DNA of 26,227 nt, taken from Candidatus Finniella inopinata (GTDB lineage Bacteria; Pseudomonadota; Alphaproteobacteria; Paracaedibacterales; CAITNM01). The stretch is taken from NCBI GenBank assembly GCA_945903885.1, contig CAMDPB010000001.1, forward strand, positions 1-26,227, written 5' to 3'. The position numbers were made by a program, and so were the translations under genes. Below are positions 1 to 7,193 of the stretch, in pieces. Each line of letters starts with the position of its first letter. Position 1 is the stretch's first letter. The notes beneath the pieces are model-generated. The model saw only the letters and a list, made by a program, of their open reading frames with translations, was not told the DNA's origin and made no database searches.

Positions 1-3
1 GAT

Positions 4-29
4 TAATAATAATAATATTATTATTATTA
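4..29. repeat. Perfect 26-bp (TAA)n/(TTA)n palindrome
   Basis: taataataataat (4-16) is the exact reverse complement of attattattatta (17-29); low complexity. Confidence 0.8.
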
Positions 30-96
30 TCCCTAGTCTTTTGATGTTTGGCTCTTGTTTTAGGGCGGGGCCGCGTCAGGGACTGGGGATTTTTTA
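26..96 (+). terminator. Long G-U-rich hairpin with T-tract; degenerate copy of the 38-bp repeat
   Basis: atccctagtc (29-38) pairs with gactggggat (81-90), followed by ttttt. The inner 39-80 also pairs using many G-U pairs. Shares attatccct and ctggggattttt with the repeats at 1067 and 1761. Confidence 0.6.
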
Positions 97-288
97 TTAT
101 ATTATTTATTCCACTGACCTTTAATCAATACCCCCCAATTTATCCCTAATAGAAAACACCTTAAATATAATAATATGTTTATTACTACAAATTTATTATT
201 ATGAATTATCCCTTTATTAACTCCATTACAATAAAATAGTAAATGTTATGAATTTATAAATAACTATTATTAAAATTGGAGTATGGAA

Positions 289-1041
289 ATGAAAAATATT
301 CAAAAAATTACATTGTGTTTATTCACAATGGTAGCAATATCGACATGGAACACAGCTTTGGCTGGGGAATTGGAAGTTAATTTCATAGACGGTGCAGAAT
401 TAGCTAGCGCTGTAACAGGCGGAGTAAATTTCAACGGATCGGGTAACGTTGACTTCACTGGTTCCGCAACAGGTGATGTTAAAATAAGTGCTGGAAACGT
501 AAGGGTAGCTACTGTAGCGCCATTTGGGGCCGACATTGTTATGAACGGTGGTAGCCTAGAAGCAACAGCACCTATGAGCCTTCCCAAACTAGTGATAGAT
601 GCAAACAGTACACTTACTGCTGATGGTGACACTACTTTAACTGACATGGGTGGAGCTAGTAAATTAACTATAGTAGATGGTTCTGTGGGGGGCACTTCTG
701 TAATAACTCCTGCTGATTTAAGCTCAGCTTCTGCCTCAATTGATGTTCAGTGCATAATGCATGTAGGGGCAACTGGTTCTTTGTTGCCTTCAGGTGCAGT
801 GACTGTAAAGAATGCTGGTTTGGTAAAACTTATGGGCGTTGTGCCAGATTGTGTTCCTGGCGCTATGAAAGTTGAAAGTGGTGGTATTCTTGAAGTGGCT
901 GCGTCACTGGAAGTTCCTGCAGCCGGCGTTCCTGCTTCTGGTGACCTTTTTGGCAGCTTAAGATTTGACACTGGGTCAAAATTATTACTGCGTGGCGGTG
1001 CAAACTGGCGTCGTCCTGTAGTAATTGGTTCATATAGCTAA
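289..1041 (+). CDS. Secreted Gly/Ala/Val-rich orphan protein, predicted beta-helix/autotransporter-passenger-like, no beta-barrel
   Basis: ORF 283-1041. GGAG (278-281) is 7 nt before the ATG at 289. Sec signal MKNIQKITLCLFTMVAISTWNTALA-G, then short alternating beta-strand-like segments. Confidence 0.75.
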   Translation: MKNIQKITLCLFTMVAISTWNTALAGELEVNFIDGAELASAVTGGVNFNGSGNVDFTGSATGDVKISAGNVRVATVAPFGADIVMNGGSLEATAPMSLPKLVIDANSTLTADGDTTLTDMGGASKLTIVDGSVGGTSVITPADLSSASASIDVQCIMHVGATGSLLPSGAVTVKNAGLVKLMGVVPDCVPGAMKVESGGILEVAASLEVPAAGVPASGDLFGSLRFDTGSKLLLRGGANWRRPVVIGSYS

Positions 1042-1066
1042 TTTATGAATCAATAGTTTTAATACT

Positions 1067-1104
1067 ATTATCCCTGGTTAGTTCGTTCTGGCTGGGGATT
1101 TTTA
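1067..1104 (+). repeat. 38-bp direct repeat copy A, terminator-like hairpin
   Basis: attatccctggttagttcgttctggctggggattttta, identical to 1761-1798; 12-bp stem with 4 G-U pairs plus T-tract; 25 nt after the stop of the upstream ORF. Confidence 0.95.
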
Positions 1105-1191
1105 TTAATAAAAGTCTAAATGTTTTGTTTTTTTGCATTCAATTGACCTACTTTTTAGGTTACTATTCAAGAAACTACCGGTGTTTAAATT

Positions 1192-1452
1192 ATGCCCACA
1201 ATTTCTGCTTTTTATGGAATATTAATACAGATGTTCTATAACGACCACGCGCCTCCGCATTTTCATGCTACTTATGCCGAGTATGAAATTTTGGTTAATA
1301 TCAAAACACTAGAGGTGATAGAAGGAAGAATGCCAAGAAGAGCGTTGGCTCTTGTATTGGAGTGGGCGTCTATATATAGAAAAGAACTATTGGAAGATTG
1401 GGATTTATGCGAAAAACATCAACAATTGAAGAGCATTCAGCCTCTAGATTAA
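1192..1452 (+). CDS. DUF4160-family protein, putative toxin of a TA-like pair
   Basis: MPTISAFYGILIQMFYNDHAPPHFHATY...LPRRALALVLEWA-like signature typical of DUF4160; overlaps a DUF2442 gene. Confidence 0.85.
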   Translation: MPTISAFYGILIQMFYNDHAPPHFHATYAEYEILVNIKTLEVIEGRMPRRALALVLEWASIYRKELLEDWDLCEKHQQLKSIQPLD

Positions 1453-1733
1453 CGCCCTCTACGCCTTGGAGAATTAAGTCTTTCTCTATTAAAGACGGGT
1501 ACACTATTGAAGTTATTTTTAACGATGGCACACAAGGCGTTTTTGACTTGGAAAATTTTATACATAAGGAAAACTCCGGAGTTTTTAGGCACTTGCAGAA
1601 TTATAAAAAATTTCAAGAAGCTGATTTAGTTTATGGCGTTATCACATGGCCCGGAAATATTGATATTGCCCCAGATGCTTTGTACCGCCTTGCTAAAGAT
1701 TCCTCTGTAGGAGAGAAACTGTTGGTTAACTAG
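1407..1733 (+). CDS. DUF2442-family protein, putative antitoxin
   Basis: PWRIKSF...IEVIFNDGTQGVFDL...YGVITWPGNIDIAPDALY signature. ATG 1407 preferred over TTG 1398. Confidence 0.85.
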   Translation: MRKTSTIEEHSASRLTPSTPWRIKSFSIKDGYTIEVIFNDGTQGVFDLENFIHKENSGVFRHLQNYKKFQEADLVYGVITWPGNIDIAPDALYRLAKDSSVGEKLLVN

Positions 1734-1760
1734 GTGGCTTAAATCTTTGGTGTAATTACC

Positions 1761-1798
1761 ATTATCCCTGGTTAGTTCGTTCTGGCTGGGGATTTTTA
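1761..1798 (+). repeat. 38-bp direct repeat copy B, terminator-like hairpin
   Basis: Identical to 1067-1104; 27 nt after the DUF2442 stop. Confidence 0.95.
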
Positions 1799-1813
1799 AT
1801 GCGGATGTTACTC

Positions 1814-1965
1814 ACTGGACCCTATGGTGAAGCCATAGGGAAACTGCGAGGGGGGAGATAAGTCGTAAAAAGACTAGAGGAGAGGTGGATCCAGCCCCCA
1901 TAGTTTCTCCAGACTTAGGCGAATAGCGCAAAGCGCTTCATGAGCCTTAGCATCTGGAGTCCAGT
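1814..1965 (+). ncRNA. Unassigned structured element (perfect four-way junction); ncRNA or palindromic repeat/MITE
   Basis: Helices 1814-1820/1959-1965, 1821-1827/1833-1839, 1840-1846/1901-1907 and 1908-1913/1953-1958 abut with no unpaired junction bases; GC-rich relative to its flanks. Confidence 0.55.
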
Positions 1966-2138
1966 TCTATAAAATCAGCTCAAGCTGCGGATAATTATAG
2001 AACACAAACGAAAAAACATTCGTTCTTAACGCGTTCAATACACCAAAGCTCTATTATAATGTGGTTAATTGATACTTCCCTCTTGTTTTTTAGCATGCAT
2101 TTGAAATAATGAATGTATAAGTGTTTTAAAAAATCATC

Positions 2139-3554
2139 ATGCGCAGGCAACGTAAAGCTAAAATCATTGCTACTTTGGGTCCATCCTCATCAGACTATGA
2201 ACAAATTAAAGCATTATTTATAGCAGGCGCTGATGTTTTCCGTTTGAACTTTTCCCATGGTGAACACGAAGGCCACGCGGAAAATTATAAAATTATTCGA
2301 AAAATCGAACAAGAATACAAGAGACCAATTGGAGTTTTGCTTGATTTACAGGGGCCAAAGCTGCGTATTGGAACTTTTTCAAATACAAAAATTTCCTTAA
2401 AAGTTGGGCAAACTTTCCTTCTTGATTTAGATAGCACTCCTGGTAACAACCAACGTGTATGCATGCCGCATCCTGAAATTTTTCAGGCCCTTAAAGAAAA
2501 TATTGATTTGCTTTTAGATGACGGCAAGGTTCGGCTTAAAATTACAAAGTGTGGCCATGATTTTGCTGAAACTATTGTTGTGTCAGGCACTGAGCTTTCT
2601 AATCGCAAGGGGGTGAATGTTCCTGATGTGGTGCTGCCAATAGATGTGCTAACTAAAAAAGATATTATCGATTTGAAATTTGGGCTGGAACTTGGCGTTG
2701 ATTGGGTGGCGTTGTCGTTTGTGCAGCAACCAAATGACTTGATCATGGCGCGAGAGCTTGTGGGCAATAAAGCCAAGCTCATCGCTAAAATTGAAAAGCC
2801 TATGGCCATTCAATATTTACAAGAGATTGTTACTTTGTCAGATGCTGTTATGGTTGCGCGCGGAGATTTAGGCGTAGAGATGCCTGCAGAAGATGTTCCA
2901 GTTATACAGCGTCAAATTATTCGCACGTGTCGTGGGTTAGGAAAGCCCGTTATTGTTGCTACGCAGATGCTAGATTCAATGGTGCACACGCCAACGCCTA
3001 CTCGAGCAGAGGCATCAGATGTTGCGACGGCTATTTATGATGGGGTCGATGCTGTAATGCTTTCAGCTGAATCAGCGTCGGGTGATTATCCTGTGGAAGC
3101 TGTTTCTATGATGGACCGTATTATTCAACGCACCGAAAGAGATCCTTTTTACCAAAAAATGCTTGATAACAGCTACACATTACCTTCGCCTACTGTTAGT
3201 GATGCAGTAACTACCGCAGCACGTTCTGCGGTAGGTATTATTGGCAGCGCATTAATGGTTACTTTTACAGAAACAGGGCGCACAGCTTTTCATGCTGCCC
3301 GCGAACGTCCCCATTGCAATATATTAGCGCTCACGCCAGTTTTAAAAACATCAAGGCAACTTACTTTGGTATGGGGTGCGCATCCTGCTTTGACTGATGA
3401 TATTTTTTCAATTGGGCAAATGGTTGAAAGCGCTTGCGCTTTTGCCAAACAAGAAAATTTTGCACAAATAGATGATTACGTTGTGATAACCGCTGGGGTT
3501 CCTTTTGGACAGTCAGGCGGCACAAATATGATTCGCATAGCAAAGGTTAGTTAG
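2139..3554 (+). CDS. pyk: Pyruvate kinase
   Basis: KIIATLGP, FRLNFSHG, DLQGPKLR, IAKIEK, MVARGDLGVE, ATQMLDSM and PTRAEASDV motifs. Confidence 0.98.
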   Translation: MRRQRKAKIIATLGPSSSDYEQIKALFIAGADVFRLNFSHGEHEGHAENYKIIRKIEQEYKRPIGVLLDLQGPKLRIGTFSNTKISLKVGQTFLLDLDSTPGNNQRVCMPHPEIFQALKENIDLLLDDGKVRLKITKCGHDFAETIVVSGTELSNRKGVNVPDVVLPIDVLTKKDIIDLKFGLELGVDWVALSFVQQPNDLIMARELVGNKAKLIAKIEKPMAIQYLQEIVTLSDAVMVARGDLGVEMPAEDVPVIQRQIIRTCRGLGKPVIVATQMLDSMVHTPTPTRAEASDVATAIYDGVDAVMLSAESASGDYPVEAVSMMDRIIQRTERDPFYQKMLDNSYTLPSPTVSDAVTTAARSAVGIIGSALMVTFTETGRTAFHAARERPHCNILALTPVLKTSRQLTLVWGAHPALTDDIFSIGQMVESACAFAKQENFAQIDDYVVITAGVPFGQSGGTNMIRIAKVS

Positions 3555-3559
3555 CAACA

Positions 3560-4492
3560 GTGTGTTATATTATCGGTGGTCCAACAGCTAGTGGAAAATC
3601 AAAATTAGCACTTTGGCTTGCGCACCATGTTGATGGTGAAATTATTAATGCTGATAGTCTTCAGCTTTATAAAAGCATTCCAATTTTAAGTGCGGCACCT
3701 GACAATGCAGAGCTTGCGCAAACCAGACATCATTTGTTTGGAATTTATTATGATGATCAAATATCGACAGTTCAGGCATGGACTCAGCTTGCACAAGCAA
3801 CCATTGAAAATGTTATAAACCGCCAGAAAAAACCTATTATTGTAGGTGGCACTGGTATGTATTTAAACGCTTTAATTCAAGGGATTTCGCCAATACCTAA
3901 CATTTCGACTGACATAAAAAAAGCTGTTCGTGCATTACAAAGTAATTTATCAAAAGAAGATTTTTATGAGCAGGTTATTGGGCATGACCCATCCATTCAG
4001 GGTTGCCTTCATCAAAATGATAGCCAACGTTTGGGGCGTGCTTTAGAGGTTATATTGCAAACAGGGCAATCTATCAGATATTTCCAAGGAAAAGCTCAGC
4101 CCATTCTTAAGCAGGTAAATAAATTTATTGTGGTTATGCCTGAAAAAGATAGGTTGTACAATCTTATTAATGCTCGTGTTATAAGAATGATGGACGAAGG
4201 TGTTATTCAAGAAGTGCAGGTGTTAAAGAAAAAAGTATCACTTGATGCCCCTGTTTGCAAAGCAATAGGTGTTAAAGAAATTTGGCAATACTTAGCAAAT
4301 GAAACCACTAAAGAAGAAATGATTTCCTTGCTTCAGCAAGCTACTCGGCAGTATGCTAAACGCCAAATAACATGGTTTAAAAATCAAGTTAATGACGCAC
4401 TCGTTATTACAGACCCATTTGATCCAAGCCAAATTGCTCAATTGGTACGGAGAAAATCAGCGGAATTTGCCCTGGAGAAAACAGCCAGTTAA
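3560..4492 (+). CDS. miaA: tRNA dimethylallyltransferase
   Basis: P-loop GPTASGKS, IINADSLQLY, IIVGGTGMY, RALEV, TRQYAKRQITWF; GTG start. Confidence 0.96.
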   Translation: MCYIIGGPTASGKSKLALWLAHHVDGEIINADSLQLYKSIPILSAAPDNAELAQTRHHLFGIYYDDQISTVQAWTQLAQATIENVINRQKKPIIVGGTGMYLNALIQGISPIPNISTDIKKAVRALQSNLSKEDFYEQVIGHDPSIQGCLHQNDSQRLGRALEVILQTGQSIRYFQGKAQPILKQVNKFIVVMPEKDRLYNLINARVIRMMDEGVIQEVQVLKKKVSLDAPVCKAIGVKEIWQYLANETTKEEMISLLQQATRQYAKRQITWFKNQVNDALVITDPFDPSQIAQLVRRKSAEFALEKTAS

Positions 4493-5423
4493 TCCCTACC
4501 ATATCCTTGTTAGTGAAGTCATGTTGCAACAAACAACTGTAGCTACTGTAAAAGGATATTTTGCTAGATTTCTGGAGCGTTGGCCTACCATTGAAGCTTT
4601 GGCTGCTGCTTCGCAAGATGAGCTTATGCATTGTTGGCAAGGTTTAGGGTACTATTCTCGTGCGCGTAATTTGCATAAAACTGCAAAAATTATTACAGAT
4701 CAGTACCATGGAGTTGTTCCTGGATCTTATGAGAATTTAACAAAGCTTCCCGGATTGGGTCCTTACACGGCTGCAGCTATAGCCAGTATTGCTTTTGGGC
4801 AATCAATTATTGCCATCGATACCAACGTTAGCCGCGTACTTTGTCGTTTGTTTGCAATTTCATCGGAAGGAAAAATCCAAAAAGCACAAATTCAAGAAAT
4901 GGCAAATTCCTTAGTGCATACTAGTGATTCAGGCGCTGTAAGCCAAGCATTAATGGACATAGGCTCAAATCTTTGTAAATCAAAAAATCCCAGGTGCGCT
5001 GACTGCTTTTTAAAAAATGATTGCCTTGCGTTTTCTAGGAATATGCAAAACGTCTTACCTTTAAAACAAAAAAAAACAATTCGTCCAAAACGGTATGGAC
5101 ATAGCTTTGTTATGCGTCATGCAAACCAAGTATGTATTGAGAAACGTCCAGAAAAAGGTTTGCTTGCTAGCTTGTACCAATTTCCTTCTAGTGAATTTTT
5201 AAGCGAGAAAACCATAGCTCAATATCCGATTAATGCCGAATGGAAAAATATCGGAACTGTTCGCCATATTTTCACTCATTTCGAGCTAGAGCTAACCTTA
5301 TGGGAAACATTTGTTCCAAATACAAACAATGGGTTGTGGACAAAATTAAGCGATTTAGGCAACTACGGTCTGCCCACAATGTTTAAAAAAGCATTGGCTT
5401 ATGTAACGCCTAGCGACAATTAA
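4392..5423 (+). CDS. mutY: A/G-specific adenine glycosylase
   Basis: LPWR, VSEVMLQQT, WQGLGYYSRARNLH, HhH LPGLGPYTA, IDTNV and the 4Fe-4S motif CxxxxPxCxxCxxxxxC. Confidence 0.96.
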   Translation: MTHSLLQTHLIQAKLLNWYGENQRNLPWRKQPVNPYHILVSEVMLQQTTVATVKGYFARFLERWPTIEALAAASQDELMHCWQGLGYYSRARNLHKTAKIITDQYHGVVPGSYENLTKLPGLGPYTAAAIASIAFGQSIIAIDTNVSRVLCRLFAISSEGKIQKAQIQEMANSLVHTSDSGAVSQALMDIGSNLCKSKNPRCADCFLKNDCLAFSRNMQNVLPLKQKKTIRPKRYGHSFVMRHANQVCIEKRPEKGLLASLYQFPSSEFLSEKTIAQYPINAEWKNIGTVRHIFTHFELELTLWETFVPNTNNGLWTKLSDLGNYGLPTMFKKALAYVTPSDN

Positions 5424-6146
5424 CTAAAGAGAAAAATTTTCTCCTAAATACACGCGCCTAACGTCAGGATGATTAATAATGTGCGCCGAATCACCTTCGG
5501 TCAGTACTCTACCTTCTGCAATGATGTACGCTCGGTCTACAACGTCTAGAGTTTCACGCACGTTATGATCAGTAATTAAAATTCCAATATTATGATTTTT
5601 TAGGCGCATAATAATGTCTTTAACATCTTGCACAGCAATTGGATCAATACCTGCTAGTGGCTCATCTAAGAATAAAAAGTCTGGTTTGATCGCAAGAGAA
5701 CGCGCAATTTCAACCCTGCGTCTTTCCCCACCCGAAAGTGCTACAGAAGGGGCTTCTCGTAAATGGGTAATGCCAAATTCATCAAGCAGTTCTTCTAAGC
5801 GTTCTTGCTGATGATCAGGATCCATTTCAACACACTCAAGTGCGGCACGAATATTGTCTTCAACATTTAACCCGCGAAAAATTGAAGCATCTTGTGGTAA
5901 ATAGCTAATTCCCATTCGTGCTCGCTTATACATGGGCATATCGGTAATATCGTTTTCATCTAAAAAAATACGACCAGAATCAGCCATAATTAGCCCTGTA
6001 ATAATAGAAAAAGATGTTGTCTTTCCTGCTCCATTTGGGCCAAGTAAGCCAACAGCCTCGCCGGTATTAATGCTAAGGTCAACACCCTTCAATACCATAC
6101 GTTTTTGAAAGGTTTTCGTTAATTTTTGAGCTCTTAGGGTTCTTAT
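5424..6146 (-). CDS. lptB: LPS export ABC transporter ATP-binding protein (probable ATA start at 6146)
   Basis: GPNGAGKTT, YLPQDASIFRGL, LSGGERRRVEIAR, LDEPLAGIDP, LITDHNVRETL. The conserved N-terminus LRAQKLTKTF lies upstream of the ATG at 6098. Confidence 0.93.
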   Translation of the reverse strand: MRTLRAQKLTKTFQKRMVLKGVDLSINTGEAVGLLGPNGAGKTTSFSIITGLIMADSGRIFLDENDITDMPMYKRARMGISYLPQDASIFRGLNVEDNIRAALECVEMDPDHQQERLEELLDEFGITHLREAPSVALSGGERRRVEIARSLAIKPDFLFLDEPLAGIDPIAVQDVKDIIMRLKNHNIGILITDHNVRETLDVVDRAYIIAEGRVLTEGDSAHIINHPDVRRVYLGENFSL

Positions 6147-6150
6147 GTTC

Positions 6151-6699
6151 TTATTCCTTCTTCTTTGGATACACTATGCATGTAACCTGATCTTCCTGAC
6201 TTGCTTGCATTGTAAAAACATGCGTCGCAATGTCAAGGGTAGCTTCTGTGCCATGCACTTCATTTTTTTCTTGAATAAGCGTTACATCATCCCCTGTGCA
6301 AACTGCATGATTGGCATTGAAATCATGTGTGCACTCTGTGGCGAATAGTTTAGTGCCATCATAATCAATTTCAACATGTCCCTGGGCGGTGGCATTTGTT
6401 AAGTTCCCCTTTTCGTCAAAAACAGCCTGCAGATCATTCGCTTTTAAGGTCACAGGAGAACCTTTAACTACATAAGACAGTTTTACATTACCGTTTGCAT
6501 CAGCATGTTGATGCGATGTGTCGTACTGCATATTATCAGCATTAATTTTAATATCGTTTGCGGAGTCTTTTTTTTCTGGCTCTGCAGCAATGCCCAGACT
6601 TATAAATAAGGCTAATATAAAATATTTTTTCACAACAGTTTGAAAGACGGTGTTCTTTTCACAGTGTACCTGGAAATTTGGGGTTTTCAACTCTATCAA
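6151..6699 (-). CDS. lptA: LptA/OstA-family periplasmic LPS transport protein
   Basis: Hydrophobic N-terminal segment, IKINADNMQYD...ADANGNV and ATAQGHV beta-jellyroll pattern; directly upstream of lptB. Start uncertain. Confidence 0.8.
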   Translation of the reverse strand: MIELKTPNFQVHCEKNTVFQTVVKKYFILALFISLGIAAEPEKKDSANDIKINADNMQYDTSHQHADANGNVKLSYVVKGSPVTLKANDLQAVFDEKGNLTNATAQGHVEIDYDGTKLFATECTHDFNANHAVCTGDDVTLIQEKNEVHGTEATLDIATHVFTMQASQEDQVTCIVYPKKKE

Positions 6700-7193
6700 T
6701 CCAACTGAAATGAAATAGGAATTTCAAACGATGCTTCTTTGCCATTAACATTGAATGTCCACTGCTTCATTGTTTTAAGAAGTTCTTCTTCGAATAGAGC
6801 TTTGTCTCCTTTGATAGTTATTACTTCAATATGCTTAACAGTACCTGCAGAACTCACTAAAAGCTTTACTGAAAAGCTGCCTTCTTCTCCATTGGCTTTA
6901 GCATTAGCTGGATATGCCGGTGAGGGATTGTAAATAACAATCGGTGCAGAAGCAAAATTTTCTGTAGTTACTTGGCTAATAACATGAGCGCTTTTTTTCT
7001 GCGCTCTATTAGCAGAATTTTTTTGAGAAGAAACGTTAACATTTTCACCAATACCTTTAGAGGAAGTTAGTAATCTTACGGAAAAGCTGTGTGATATTTT
7101 CTGATCTGAGAGCTGTGTATATTGTCCAATAGACAAAGCTAGCAGACCGTGAATGCAAACTGAACCTATGCACAAGTAACGCATTTTTACCAT
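6696..7193 (-). CDS. tonB: Short energy transducer TonB
   Basis: N-terminal TM with SxxxH (SVCIH); C-terminal PAYPANAKANGEEGSFSVKLLVSSAGTV...WTF TonB_C pattern. Confidence 0.88.
   Translation of the reverse strand: MVKMRYLCIGSVCIHGLLALSIGQYTQLSDQKISHSFSVRLLTSSKGIGENVNVSSQKNSANRAQKKSAHVISQVTTENFASAPIVIYNPSPAYPANAKANGEEGSFSVKLLVSSAGTVKHIEVITIKGDKALFEEELLKTMKQWTFNVNGKEASFEIPISFQLD

Noticed and set aside
61-80. FMN riboswitch start (AGGGCGGGG), also partly at 18008
   Set aside because: The following TGAAATTCCC and the rest of the RFN consensus are missing.
27-213. DnaA boxes or replication origin
   Set aside because: TTATCCCT(A) differs from TTATCCACA at two or more positions, and I found no TTAA-N7-TTAA CtrA sites or origin-typical neighbours.
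300-971. Antisense ORFs 300-695 and 747-971
   Set aside because: Shadow frames of the 289-1041 gene caused by its codon bias; no RBS or family motifs.
1067-1104. Integron attC site
   Set aside because: No RYYYAAC/GTTRRRY core pair, too short, and no integrase in the window; only the cassette-like layout is kept as a finding.
1067-1798. CRISPR array from the 38-bp repeats
   Set aside because: Only two identical copies, separated by 656 bp containing two genes; no cas genes in the window.
1814-1965. tRNA, 6S RNA, or glycine/lysine/SAM riboswitch
   Set aside because: The 7-bp closing stem is tRNA-like, but the size, missing TTC T-loop and missing CCA exclude tRNA; it is branched rather than rod-like; riboswitch consensus motifs are absent.
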